64,000 nt of DNA from positions 32,001 to 96,000 of the IMG/VR virus record IMGVR_UViG_3300010998_000021, one strand, 5' to 3'. The position numbers and the translations under genes are program-made. This DNA is from a virus (Duplodnaviria > Caudoviricetes). This document shows positions 50,772 through 60,335 of the stretch, piece after piece. Numbering within the stretch: position 1 is the first letter of the stretch; every line of letters starts with the position of its first letter. The notes under the pieces are model-generated. The model had not been told where the DNA came from. It ran no database searches and saw only the letters and a list, made by a program, of their open reading frames with translations.

Positions 50772-51037
50772 ATCAGAGAACGGAGCGCAAAATGCGCTCT
50801 TTTCTTTTGCGCATCCACATGAAAAATGGTTTTCAAAAATTAGGAAAAATTGCGACAGCCATACAGAAAATATTGATTTTGAAAAATCATAATAAAACGA
50901 ATATCGTTTTTGAAAAATGGAATTATTTGTGTTGGTTTTTGAAAATTAAAGAAATCTGCATAGCAGAAAAATCCTGTTTTAAAAAATAATATATATATCA
51001 GGATCGCCAGAAATTTAAAAATAATACAAAATAAATG

Positions 51038-51092
51038 TTGACAGCATTAACTATATGGTGTATAGTGTATTTAACAAGTAAAACACGTACAT
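51038..51092 (+). promoter_or_regulatory. Early promoter P5 + operator
   Basis: TTGACA-17-TATAGT; GTAAAACACGTAC at 51078. Confidence 0.8.
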
Positions 51093-51108
51093 AAATAAGG
51101 AGTACACC

Positions 51109-51276
51109 ATGAAAGCAAGTCAATTAATTATCGGTAACAAATACAGATCAACAGCATTTGCCCGAAAAGTCAAATTGATATCCATTGACAAAGTATGGGA
51201 TGACGGTACGGCAAGTGTAACAGTCGAATATTACGGCAAATTATATTGTGATTGTTCATTTCGTTTCAGTATTTAA
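51109..51276 (+). CDS. Small hypothetical protein (55 aa)
   Basis: AAGGAG RBS; MKASQLIIG.. Confidence 0.6.
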   Translation: MKASQLIIGNKYRSTAFARKVKLISIDKVWDDGTASVTVEYYGKLYCDCSFRFSI

Positions 51277-51283
51277 ATAATCG

Positions 51284-51350
51284 ATGTGGCTGATGGTTAT
51301 TGATTCAGTCGTTCGGAAGTCCGGCGATCACGTTCGATTCGTGACCACAT
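51284..51350 (+). ncRNA. Candidate tRNA-like RNA
   Basis: ATGTGG/CCACAT stem stacked on a TCACG-TTCGATT-CGTGA T arm. Confidence 0.45.
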
Positions 51351-51415
51351 ATTTAAAAAATATCCTTGGCAGTTCCACAAACACAAAGCACAATGCAATG
51401 ATGGAGGGCTTGCCA

Positions 51416-51508
51416 ATGAATAATGATACGCCTGTTATTGTAATCATATACATCTATGACGAAGATAGCGGAAAACTTACGGCAATAGTAAATGTTTACT
51501 ATATTTAA
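51416..51508 (+). CDS. 30-aa peptide
   Basis: GGAGG RBS; MNNDTPVIVIIYIY.. Confidence 0.4.
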   Translation: MNNDTPVIVIIYIYDEDSGKLTAIVNVYYI

Positions 51509-51581
51509 GTAAGGGATATAGGGTTTTGGATATTTCCCTATATCTGGCGTATACATTGGAAAATCTGAAAGGAGTAAACCA

Positions 51582-51755
51582 ATGAGAACAGCAGAACAAA
51601 TCGCAGAGAAATTAAGAAACAGTGATTCATGGAGTTATGTTGATTGTAAAGAACTATGCAAACAAGCCGGAATCAACCTTGTTTGGGGCAGTTGCTACGA
51701 TGATTTGAAGCCTGTATATAAAGCAGCGGAAATTTTACATGTTAAGATAGATTAA
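51582..51755 (+). CDS. Small hypothetical protein (57 aa)
   Basis: AAGGAG RBS; MRTAEQIAEK.. Confidence 0.65.
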   Translation: MRTAEQIAEKLRNSDSWSYVDCKELCKQAGINLVWGSCYDDLKPVYKAAEILHVKID

Positions 51756-51774
51756 TTATCAGAAGGAGCATACC

Positions 51775-51999
51775 ATGTTAGATATTGGAAAAGTCGGCAT
51801 CGTAAAATACGGAGAAAAAGTTAATCATCTATTTTATGATGGTGCGGAAAGATCATATGGTATCTATCAGGATGATTGCATTTATACAGTGGATGTGCAT
51901 TACAAGAATCAGGATAGATATAATGATCGTTTTGTTGCAAGCGATTTAGGAACGGCGTTTCAAATGATCGAAGCAATGGAAAACGGTGAGGAGGTCTAA
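51775..51999 (+). CDS. Hypothetical early protein
   Basis: AAGGAG RBS. Confidence 0.65.
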   Translation: MLDIGKVGIVKYGEKVNHLFYDGAERSYGIYQDDCIYTVDVHYKNQDRYNDRFVASDLGTAFQMIEAMENGEEV

Positions 52000-52000
52000 T

Positions 52001-52189
52001 ATGAAAAAGATTTATAAAGCATATTTCGTTAAAGAAATGAACTCATACAGGTTGTATGATCCAGAAAATCCGCAACAAACAATCGCATATTTCGATGCGG
52101 ATGAACTGGAAATAGCAAAAAGACGAGTGAAGCATGAGCTTTCCGACTTGCGGAATGGGATCATTGCCGAGCTTGTCATTGAAAATTGA
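52001..52189 (+). CDS. Hypothetical early protein
   Basis: AGGAGGT RBS; terminator at ~52227-52253. Confidence 0.65.
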   Translation: MKKIYKAYFVKEMNSYRLYDPENPQQTIAYFDADELEIAKRRVKHELSDLRNGIIAELVIEN

Positions 52190-52434
52190 CTACTATCTCA
52201 ATTCGTTGTGTGTGTTGTGTGTAGGAGAACAGGGCGAGAAATCGTCCTGTTTTCCATCTTGTGCGGAAAATTGTTTTTGAAAATGCGGAGAATCTGAAAG
52301 CGGAAAATTACGATTTTTAAAAACAATAAACAAATTATTTATGTTTTCAAAAACCACAATCGAAGAGTTTGTTTTTCAAAACTGAAATTATCCGCGCCGA
52401 GTTTCTGAAAAATATAAATAATACAAAATAATAG

Positions 52435-52485
52435 TTGACAACCACAAGAATCAATGCTATCATATATTCAGTAAATGAAGTACAC
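52435..52485 (+). promoter_or_regulatory. Early promoter P6 + operator
   Basis: TTGACA-17-TATCAT; GTAAATGAAGTAC at 52471. Confidence 0.8.
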
Positions 52486-52506
52486 ACAAACACGGAGGGA
52501 AAAGTC

Positions 52507-52806
52507 ATGGCATGGAATAGAAAAAGAACCATTGATTTCTGTAATGAAGAAATCTTTCCACAGGTACATTTTTCACAGTGGATCGGATTGAAGGGCGAGT
52601 TAATGGATGTAGTCAAGATGGTTGAACAGTACCGCCGGACACATGGATTTGTGGAAAATCTGAAAGCTAAAGTTGTTGATGGTTTTCTGTATCTGAATAA
52701 TGATCCTGTTGGAAGAATCGCAATGAAAAAGCAGACAGCAGCAAACAACTATAATGATGGTGCTTATTATTGGGAAGGTCGCATTCTGGCAAGACAGGGA
52801 ATGTAA
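52507..52806 (+). CDS. Hypothetical early protein
   Basis: GGAGG RBS. Confidence 0.7.
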   Translation: MAWNRKRTIDFCNEEIFPQVHFSQWIGLKGELMDVVKMVEQYRRTHGFVENLKAKVVDGFLYLNNDPVGRIAMKKQTAANNYNDGAYYWEGRILARQGM

Positions 52807-52819
52807 AGGAGTGGAAAAT

Positions 52820-53056
52820 ATGACAGATGCCGTAAAAAATGAAATTGAAAAGTGCAGGACTAAGAAACAGGTAATGGATATTTTACGGAAAAATCACACA
52901 AATGTTATCAGAGATACATCCGATGAAGTCGGGTGTTTCTCTGTTTGGGTAGACGAGACAACAAGAATATATAAACCAAAAGGAAGAAATATGACAGTTC
53001 AGAAATGGAATAAGGTTAATATGTCTTATTCTGGTATTCCTGTATTCTTTGGTTAA
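52820..53056 (+). CDS. Hypothetical early protein
   Basis: AAGGAG RBS. Confidence 0.65.
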   Translation: MTDAVKNEIEKCRTKKQVMDILRKNHTNVIRDTSDEVGCFSVWVDETTRIYKPKGRNMTVQKWNKVNMSYSGIPVFFG

Positions 53057-53067
53057 GAGGTGTTACT

Positions 53068-53400
53068 ATGGAAAATTTGAACGATGTTTATGCAGTTGTA
53101 GGATATGATAAGAAAGTGATTGATATATTGGAAAATTTCGATGATGCGTATGATTTAGCAGAATACTATCATGCAGAATGCATAGAAACTTTAGAAGGCA
53201 CAGACGGTGACAGGGTTTATGTATATCCAATGGATTACGGCGAACATAATTTTTTAAAACAAAAAATAATTGCTATTGCTTTACTTCTTATTTCTGCGTT
53301 TTCCGTACCGCTTACGGATGGAGATATTACTTTTTTATTATTTATGGTTATGTTTATTGGATACTTATTCTTTTCAAAAGAATACTGGATCAATGATTAA
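53068..53400 (+). CDS. Membrane protein with two C-terminal TM helices
   Basis: Acidic N-terminus followed by two hydrophobic segments. Confidence 0.65.
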   Translation: MENLNDVYAVVGYDKKVIDILENFDDAYDLAEYYHAECIETLEGTDGDRVYVYPMDYGEHNFLKQKIIAIALLLISAFSVPLTDGDITFLLFMVMFIGYLFFSKEYWIND

Positions 53401-53419
53401 TAAATAATACAAAATAAAA

Positions 53420-53470
53420 TTGACAATACCGCGCAAAGGTGCTACCATATACATAGTAAATGATATACAT
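53420..53470 (+). promoter_or_regulatory. Early promoter P7 + operator
   Basis: TTGACA-17-TACCAT; GTAAATGATATAC at 53456. Confidence 0.8.
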
Positions 53471-53488
53471 ATTTAAGGAGGCATAGCC

Positions 53489-53821
53489 ATGAATAAAGTT
53501 AGAGCATTATCTTGTGAGATTTTCACTAATAAATCTTATGGAAATTGCAGCAATAACGGGATCAGCAATAGATATAAAGAAGTATACGTACTTTGTGATG
53601 ATGGTAATGTTGTAATTGATTTAGACAATCCACCTGAAAATCTTGTGGTATTTGAAGCAAGGGATTATGGATTTACAATATCATTACGCTTCAAGCCGTA
53701 TAGTTCCCTGACTGATGGAAAATGGTATATGTTTGGAGGCGATTTTGTCTGGTGTTGTGATAGCAGATTTAGAGAAGTTTACGGTCATTATCCTATTCCG
53801 CTTCATGATCGCGTGGAATAA
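53489..53821 (+). CDS. Conserved phage protein
   Basis: CSNNGIS..MFGG.F..DSRF..PIPLHDRVE motif. Confidence 0.75.
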   Translation: MNKVRALSCEIFTNKSYGNCSNNGISNRYKEVYVLCDDGNVVIDLDNPPENLVVFEARDYGFTISLRFKPYSSLTDGKWYMFGGDFVWCCDSRFREVYGHYPIPLHDRVE

Positions 53822-53845
53822 ATAATGCAAGATAAGGAGGAAATT

Positions 53846-54106
53846 ATGAATAAAGTTGATTGGTTTGAATTGTGGTACATGGATAAACAGGCAATGCTGG
53901 AAACTATGACTCGTGTTATGGTTTCAGATTTAAACGCCGGATATAACTATTTTGGTGAATGCATCACAAAGCAAAGAGAATACATTGACAAATTCAAAAA
54001 GGAATTTGAGGATCAGCTAATGGCATTTCACGAGATGGATGAAGGCAAAAGAAACAGATGGTGCTATTATGATTTACTGAGAAAAGGTGCAATAAGTATA
54101 AGATAA
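53846..54106 (+). CDS. Hypothetical early protein
   Basis: AAGGAGG RBS; terminator follows. Confidence 0.7.
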   Translation: MNKVDWFELWYMDKQAMLETMTRVMVSDLNAGYNYFGECITKQREYIDKFKKEFEDQLMAFHEMDEGKRNRWCYYDLLRKGAISIR

Positions 54107-54391
54107 AGCGGAGGAATCCGCTTCTTTTTTTGTTCACAATAATTAATAATTTTCAAAAACAACATACGCAAGAAATCATCGTTTTGAAAAACCATACGCA
54201 TACAAGAAAATCGTGTTTTTAAAAACAATAAACAAAATATTGAATTTTGGAAAACAAATATATTCTATAATCGTTTTTCAAAACTGATTATTTTAGTTGC
54301 CGGAAAACATATTTTCGTGATTTTCAAAAACAAAAGTATGCGCCAATCCGAAAAGGCGTTTCAAAAAACAAATATTATTTTGGATTAATTA

Positions 54392-54446
54392 TTGACAAAT
54401 AACCGACATGATGGTAATATAATTACAGCACGTAAACGATATACAC
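54392..54446 (+). promoter_or_regulatory. Early promoter P8 + operator
   Basis: TTGACA-17-TAATAT; GTAAACGATATAC at 54432. Confidence 0.8.
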
Positions 54447-54464
54447 AATTAAAAGGAGAAAGTC

Positions 54465-54740
54465 ATGTTAGTTAGTAGATATATTATTGATGGGAATAGA
54501 AAACGTGTAGCTGCCGAGATCACAAGAGAAACAAATGGAAAGTATTACATTATGTATAATCCGAGAACATGCCCTTGGTACGGCGGTTATTATGACACGC
54601 TTCAGGCAGCAGAGCAGATCGTAGAAAGATTAAAGCCAAAAGCAAAGAAACTCAATAGCATTTGCTTTAATTGTAAAGCAAAATGCAATGGAACTACTGA
54701 ACAGGTATGGACAGGCTGCGTTAATAGGGTAACGAAATAA
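54465..54740 (+). CDS. Hypothetical protein with Cys-rich C-terminus
   Basis: AAGGAG RBS; C.NC..C.GT..WTGCV. Confidence 0.7.
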   Translation: MLVSRYIIDGNRKRVAAEITRETNGKYYIMYNPRTCPWYGGYYDTLQAAEQIVERLKPKAKKLNSICFNCKAKCNGTTEQVWTGCVNRVTK

Positions 54741-54754
54741 AGGAGGGCAAAACT

Positions 54755-55324
54755 ATGTTATACACCAAAAAAGATATTGATAAGCTGTTTACCGATGTTG
54801 TTGCCGGATTCATTGCTGATGGCGCAATGTTTAATTTAAAAAAGAACAATTATTCCTCAAGTGAATATGATTCTCACATAGACTTGATTAATAAGAATGG
54901 GGAAGGAATTGTAATCTTTAAAAAGACTGGAAGAAATGAAGCATTCAGGTCTTACAGAAATGGTATATGCGTGATTAAAGCCAGAAAGTACAGATACATG
55001 AATGATTTCTACTGTGACATGATAGAAGAAAAAACAGTTTATACTATTTACCAGTATCATAATATTTTCACGGATGACATTGATGAACATAATAGAATGG
55101 TTGAAAAGGGCAATGCAAGGAGAAAAGCAAGATGGGATTTTGAACATAGTAACTATGAAGTCAAATATGATCCGAGTGTAATTCTAAATATTGTACGCCA
55201 AAGAAAAGGATTTAAGCGCACAAAACAGGAACATATTATGTATGTCCATAAGTATGATAAAGATTATCATATCTGTATCAACAATGGGCGCAAGCATGAA
55301 ATCATAGTTATTAAGGGAGTCTGA
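54755..55324 (+). CDS. Hypothetical early protein
   Basis: AGGAGG RBS; terminator follows. Confidence 0.7.
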   Translation: MLYTKKDIDKLFTDVVAGFIADGAMFNLKKNNYSSSEYDSHIDLINKNGEGIVIFKKTGRNEAFRSYRNGICVIKARKYRYMNDFYCDMIEEKTVYTIYQYHNIFTDDIDEHNRMVEKGNARRKARWDFEHSNYEVKYDPSVILNIVRQRKGFKRTKQEHIMYVHKYDKDYHICINNGRKHEIIVIKGV

Positions 55325-55448
55325 TGACTCCCATTTTTTATGGCGCAAATTTATTTAATTTTGAAAAACATTAATAGGTGATCTTGCGCAGCAATAAATC
55401 CATTTTTGAAAAACAATAAATAAACCAAAATATATTTTAAATTATGTA

Positions 55449-55500
55449 TTGACAAGCATCTGGATGTATGTTATATTCTATACAAGTAAACGAGATACAC
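55449..55500 (+). promoter_or_regulatory. Early promoter P9 + operator
   Basis: TTGACA-17-TATATT; GTAAACGAGATAC at 55486. Confidence 0.8.
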
Positions 55501-55599
55501 AACACGCACAGTCTAATAAAACGGTTGATTGACGAGCCTTGCGCCGTTGGTTGATTGAAAACAGATTGTAGTTAAGATTTAATATAGGAGGATAAAGCA

Positions 55600-55947
55600 A
55601 TGACAAAAGAAAGAATGGAAAGACTGATGGAACTGTATCAGGGGATCGGCGTTGAAACCGAGAACGGACAGCATTATTTCTATGAGGCTTTTGATTCGGA
55701 TTTCCAAGGCGCAGTCGAGCGTGTTAATAATACTTTCATTGGTCATAAGTTCGGAAAATACAAAGTGTTTATCGCACAGTCTGAAGAGGTTGAAAGAATG
55801 ACAAACATTCACGGCGAGGAAGTTGTTATATATAAAACCAAAGATCATGGTGTTGTTTCAGTTTTAGAGGGTGAGGCAATAAGAGTTTGGGAGAGCGTTG
55901 ATCGCGCATTGGAAATTCTCTATAAAGCCGGATGGATTTTTGAATGA
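55600..55947 (+). CDS. Hypothetical early protein
   Basis: AGGAGG RBS. Confidence 0.7.
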   Translation: MTKERMERLMELYQGIGVETENGQHYFYEAFDSDFQGAVERVNNTFIGHKFGKYKVFIAQSEEVERMTNIHGEEVVIYKTKDHGVVSVLEGEAIRVWESVDRALEILYKAGWIFE

Positions 55948-55959
55948 TAGGAGGTATAT

Positions 55960-56331
55960 ATGCTTAATAAGATTAAGTATCAATTAGATGTTACTAATTT
56001 TATAAGGGATGCGGAAAACATGATCGAGAAATACGGATGGCAAGAAAAAACAGTAATGCCATATTCGTTCCCTGTAAAGGTTACAAAAATCATTAATGAT
56101 CTGAAAGACTTTGACAGATGCACAGAAAGCAGTCAACAATATTTGATTTCACTTGCTAATGGTCTTGTACCTATTTTAAATAGTTGGGAGAAACATGAAC
56201 AAGCCGAGAAAGTAGAAGTAAGAATCAAAAGTTCTGGGAAAATCATCAAAATCGCAAGGGAAGATTTTGAAATGTTCAGTGAGTTGATAGAATACGTAAA
56301 TACGAATAATGAAGAAGGTGATATAACATGA
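55960..56331 (+). CDS. Hypothetical early protein
   Basis: GGAGGT RBS. Confidence 0.7.
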   Translation: MLNKIKYQLDVTNFIRDAENMIEKYGWQEKTVMPYSFPVKVTKIINDLKDFDRCTESSQQYLISLANGLVPILNSWEKHEQAEKVEVRIKSSGKIIKIAREDFEMFSELIEYVNTNNEEGDIT

Positions 56332-56483
56332 CAACATGGACACATTTTTAATTTACCAGTGGCGCAAATCCGTATATTGCATTTGTTAAAGAAGAAGCGA
56401 ATGAACTTATCAGGAAATATAAACAAAAAGGCTATTTGATCGAAGAATTATCAGAAGGGTTTTATAAAATCCACGATAAATAA
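56328..56483 (+). pseudogene. Small gene with an in-frame TAA at codon 8
   Basis: MTTWTHF*FTSGANPYIAF..IHDK*, with an RBS and ATGA overlap with the upstream gene. Confidence 0.5.
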
Positions 56484-56496
56484 AACAAGATAATTA

Positions 56497-56525
56497 TTGA
56501 CAGGATAGCATAAATGTGCTATCCT
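56497..56525 (+). promoter_or_regulatory. Promoter P10 with its own palindrome
   Basis: TTGACA-17-TATCCT overlapped by AGGATAGCA-N6-TGCTATCCT. Confidence 0.6.
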
Positions 56526-56544
56526 ATATTAGCATATTTAGGAG

Positions 56545-57024
56545 GTGAAATTTATGTATTATGTAAGTTATGGCAGCAATATGAATGTAGAACAGATGGC
56601 GTATAGATGTCCAAATACAAAAATCTATGGAAATGGAAAAGTAAAAGGATGGAAACTCGTATTTAATTATCATGCAGATATTATTGAGACAGGAATAGAA
56701 TCTGATTCCGTTCCTGTTGTAGTTTGGGAACTTGATAACAAAAATGATGAAAAACGTCTTGACAGATACGAAGGTTATCCAACATATTATGTAAAAAGAA
56801 TTGTTCCTGTTGTTATGGATAACGGTAAAAAGATCAGAGCAATGGTTTATGTAATGAATAATCTTCATAAAGGGATATACCCACCAACGCAGTTATATTT
56901 TGATGGAATTTTAGAAGGTTATCATACAAATGGTATTGACACGAAACCATTATTCGATGCTCTTAAATTCAGTCTTAACGAGGACAATTTTACGGAGCAT
57001 AATCAGTATAATCCAATAGCATGA
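56545..57024 (+). CDS. Gamma-glutamylcyclotransferase (AIG2-like) family protein
   Basis: YVSYGSNMN..QM..RCP, LDRYEGYP..Y. Confidence 0.88.
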   Translation: MKFMYYVSYGSNMNVEQMAYRCPNTKIYGNGKVKGWKLVFNYHADIIETGIESDSVPVVVWELDNKNDEKRLDRYEGYPTYYVKRIVPVVMDNGKKIRAMVYVMNNLHKGIYPPTQLYFDGILEGYHTNGIDTKPLFDALKFSLNEDNFTEHNQYNPIA

Positions 57025-57038
57025 AAGGGGTTGATGCT

Positions 57039-57455
57039 ATGAAAATTGAACGATCCAAAAGAGTAATAGAAAATTATGTATGCCCTAATTGTTTTCATCA
57101 GGTGCATGAATGCATATGCAAATTCTATCCACCGTGGCAATTAATAATGATTGATGTAAACATTCAGGAAGTTGTCAGGATTTTAAATCAAAAAGGTTAT
57201 ACCACTATTGGATGCTGTGAGTCGCATTTCGGGGGTAACAATAATATCTATATCGCGTTCAATATGCGCTATGATGATATTGGTTTACCAAATGGCTTTA
57301 CATATGCCAAAGGAAAAACCAACATTAGTTATTCATTCAAGAAGTCAGAACAGGAAACAAAAGAAAAATATGAAGAATTGAAAGCGGAAAAACTGAAAGC
57401 GCTATTAGAATGGGCGCGGTCAATTCCAGAAAATCCGCACATGTTCAGGAGATAG
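57039..57455 (+). CDS. Conserved phage protein
   Basis: ID.NI..V..LN.KGY.T..CCE.H motif. Confidence 0.7.
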   Translation: MKIERSKRVIENYVCPNCFHQVHECICKFYPPWQLIMIDVNIQEVVRILNQKGYTTIGCCESHFGGNNNIYIAFNMRYDDIGLPNGFTYAKGKTNISYSFKKSEQETKEKYEELKAEKLKALLEWARSIPENPHMFRR

Positions 57456-57816
57456 AGCGGTTGATCCGCTCTATTTCTTTATGCAGAAAATTTTAATATT
57501 GGAAAACCATTTTCGTGATGTCACGAAAAAGATAAATTTTCAAAAACTATTTGGGGTTGTTCCGTGCTTCTCCATCTTTGAACCGATCAGATAATCTAAA
57601 CACTATTCATAGTTTTATCGTGCGGCGTAAGACCGCACATCTATACTTATATCGTTCTTTCATCTGGCGGCGCAAGACCGCCATATCCTATGCAGAAAAA
57701 TTCAATTTTTAAAAACTAAAATAAATGGATTGATGTTTTTCAAAACGTGGAAATTTTGCGGCGCATCGCGCAGAAAAATCCTATTATAAAAAATTAAAAA
57801 TAATTCAAAATAACGC

Positions 57817-57871
57817 TTGCAATATCTATTTTTGTGTGGTAGAGTGTTTACAGATGATAAATCACATACAC
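57817..57871 (+). promoter_or_regulatory. Early promoter P11 + operator variant
   Basis: TTGCAA-17-TAGAGT; ATAAATCACATAC at 57857. Confidence 0.65.
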
Positions 57872-57895
57872 AAACGCATCGAAAGGAGATCCACA

Positions 57896-58582
57896 ATGAA
57901 AGACTATAAGGAAAAGATCAAGAAACTTCTTGCACTGGCAGAAAGCAACAACGAACATGAAGCAAAGGCGGCGCTCCTGAAAGCTAAAGAGTTGATGGCA
58001 GAACACAAGATCGCTGAGGTCGATCTGATTGACGCGAAGAATAAGAACGTCAAGCGCATCATTACAGAATACGAATACACCAAGCGCGGCGAATGGTGGA
58101 TCGGCAGTCTTGCCAATATCATAGCGGAAAATTATTGCTGTCGGTCAGCTGGAAATAAGAATTTCAGAGGGCAGAAAAGAACGATTATTTTCGTAGGTCT
58201 GGAAGGCGATGTTGATATCTGCGCAAAGATTTTTGAGTATGCAGTTGATACGGCGAGAAGCTGCGGAAAGTCTTATCTGAAAAATCTTGATGGGTGGCAG
58301 CGTTACACTTCAGCGGAAAAGAACAGGATCAAAAACTCCTATGCTATCGGATTTGCGAGAGGTGTTAAGGTCGTATTTGATGAGCAGAAGGTCAAGAAAG
58401 AACAGGACGAGAGCGGATGGGGTCTTGTCATGATCGTTCCTAAAGAAGTCAATGAAGCGTGTTCTAATTTTGTGACGGATAAATACCAGAGCAGACATAC
58501 AGTTTACAGCGATGTCAGGGATGACGGTTATCAGGAAGGGCGCAAGTTCAATCCGCATGGAAAATTATCTGTCGCGATTTAA
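57896..58582 (+). CDS. DUF2786-domain protein
   Basis: KIKKLLALAESNNEHEAKAALLKAKELMAEH. Confidence 0.8.
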   Translation: MKDYKEKIKKLLALAESNNEHEAKAALLKAKELMAEHKIAEVDLIDAKNKNVKRIITEYEYTKRGEWWIGSLANIIAENYCCRSAGNKNFRGQKRTIIFVGLEGDVDICAKIFEYAVDTARSCGKSYLKNLDGWQRYTSAEKNRIKNSYAIGFARGVKVVFDEQKVKKEQDESGWGLVMIVPKEVNEACSNFVTDKYQSRHTVYSDVRDDGYQEGRKFNPHGKLSVAI

Positions 58583-58593
58583 GGGGTGAATAA

Positions 58594-58821
58594 ATGAACG
58601 CAATAATCAGAGAGGAAACGGATGATGGCGTTAAGATGTCGAAGATTGATAATGTCGGCATTGTAAAATATGGAAGGATATATTCTGCTGTCAGTGGGAA
58701 ATGGCGTGAAGAAGTAGAACTATGGACGCATTCAGTTAGCCCACATTCAACAATCATTCTTGATGCGAAAACACAAATTATTTTGGAAGGAGACAAGAAC
58801 ATTGAAAATTATAAACTATGA
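58594..58821 (+). CDS. Hypothetical early protein
   Basis: GGGGTG RBS; shares VGIVKYG with the 51775 ORF. Confidence 0.55.
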   Translation: MNAIIREETDDGVKMSKIDNVGIVKYGRIYSAVSGKWREEVELWTHSVSPHSTIILDAKTQIILEGDKNIENYKL

Positions 58822-58930
58822 TGGGAGCATATTACATTGTAACAGCCTTTACTTTACGGAAAAAGAAGTGATCGCAGATGACGTTTATATAATTCCGTTA
58901 ATAGAGATCCAAAGGATAGAAGCTGAATAA
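58802..58930 (+). CDS. Small hypothetical protein (42 aa, TTG start)
   Basis: AAGGAG RBS; terminator follows. Confidence 0.5.
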   Translation: MKIINYDGSILHCNSLYFTEKEVIADDVYIIPLIEIQRIEAE

Positions 58931-59104
58931 GATAAGTGCCAGAGCAATCTGGCGTTTTTCTTTTGTATCGCATAATAGTTTTTGAAAATTGGAAATATTT
59001 GTTTGTTGCAAATAAAATAATCAATTTTCAAAAATTAACATTTGCCGCATCATCCGCGCAGAAAAATTGAATTATAAAAATCTAAAAATAATTAGAGAAA
59101 ACGC

Positions 59105-59151
59105 TTGCATTATTTATTAAGTTATGCTAATATATAGTAAAGCAAATACAC
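59105..59151 (+). promoter_or_regulatory. Early promoter P12 + operator
   Basis: TTGCAT-17-TAATAT; GTAAAGCAAATAC at 59137. Confidence 0.7.
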
Positions 59152-59181
59152 AAAGCAAACCAAACTAAGGAGGTACACACA

Positions 59182-60180
59182 ATGTCAAACTATTACATCA
59201 GGAACATGGAGACAGGAAAACTTGAGCTTCATTTTGACAAGGCAGATTATATGGCACTGTCAGACGATCAGAAAGCAAAGATCAGGAGCAATTTCTTATT
59301 CAGTCGTGGCACTGGCGCATGGATCAGCCGTTGCAAGTTCCCGAATCTTTACAGACCTGAATGTGTCGCTAAAGAGTTAGGTCTTGAGGATGCAGGACGC
59401 GAAGGCGAAGCGCTTACATTTGAACAGCAGATGGAGCGCAAGATGGAAAAAGCAGAACGCAGAGCGGAGCGCATGGAATACAAGGCAGACAAGGCACATG
59501 AAAAAGGCTTTGCACTTCAGAAGCCTATCAATGATATGCATGGCGATATTGCATTCTTTACGCAGCCGAACATCAGCACATCAAGCGGTCGCGCCTTTAC
59601 TAATAGAAGGAATAAAATGTTTGATGCATGGGAGCGAGGATTTGCTGAGTTCAGTAAAAGCGAATACTATGCGGAGTGTGCAGCCAAGGCAAGACAGACA
59701 GCAAGCGGAAAAGATCAGAAGGATAAAGCATTCTGTCAGCGCAGAATTGACGAGGCAGAAGCAAGTATTCGCGGATTGAAAAGAAACATCGCAGAATACG
59801 AAGGATATAAGAAGGCAATCGAGAACGGCGAAATCCCGAAGGATAAATACGGATGGGAGCTTAAAGCATTGACGGTTGAAAAGGTCGATGCCGAGCTTGA
59901 TCGTTGGTATGAAATCATGGAAAGCGAAATCGGAAAATCCGTATACTATCATGAGTGCATCGAAAATCAGGGCGGTATTTCTTTCAGCAAGGAAAATCTG
60001 AACAAGGGAGATCTTGTACAGATTAACAGGTATCGTCATAGCGTGGTGCGTATCGTCAGATTTGGCGCTAAAAATGTGACGTTTGAATTTACCGATGCGC
60101 ATATGAAGTATGCAGATGGTAGCCCGATGCAGGGGAAATGCGCATATGCTGAGATTGAAAAGGTGGTGAAGAGTGCATGA
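59182..60180 (+). CDS. DUF3560-like protein
   Basis: ERRAER...FFTQPNI..GRAF..RR motif. Confidence 0.7.
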   Translation: MSNYYIRNMETGKLELHFDKADYMALSDDQKAKIRSNFLFSRGTGAWISRCKFPNLYRPECVAKELGLEDAGREGEALTFEQQMERKMEKAERRAERMEYKADKAHEKGFALQKPINDMHGDIAFFTQPNISTSSGRAFTNRRNKMFDAWERGFAEFSKSEYYAECAAKARQTASGKDQKDKAFCQRRIDEAEASIRGLKRNIAEYEGYKKAIENGEIPKDKYGWELKALTVEKVDAELDRWYEIMESEIGKSVYYHECIENQGGISFSKENLNKGDLVQINRYRHSVVRIVRFGAKNVTFEFTDAHMKYADGSPMQGKCAYAEIEKVVKSA

Positions 60181-60335
60181 CAGATGAGGATAGGGTAAGA
60201 GCATTATTTGGATTTGGTGAAAAGCGGAAACTTCCGAGCCGATATTGGGAAATCGGATGGGAAGATGCAGACGATGAAGAACCAGACGAAGAACGCGAAC
60301 CAATCTATGATGAAGAAGAATTACCATTTTGCTGA
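60177..60335 (+). CDS. Acidic 52-aa protein
   Basis: ATGA overlap with the upstream gene; ends EDADDEEPDEEREPIYDEEELPFC. Confidence 0.6.
   Translation: MTDEDRVRALFGFGEKRKLPSRYWEIGWEDADDEEPDEEREPIYDEEELPFC

Noticed and set aside
48926-50989. ORFs within early spacers (48926-49132, 48995-49243, 50768-50989) and antisense 59581-60327
   Set aside because: They overlap palindrome arrays, terminators or real genes and lack an RBS.
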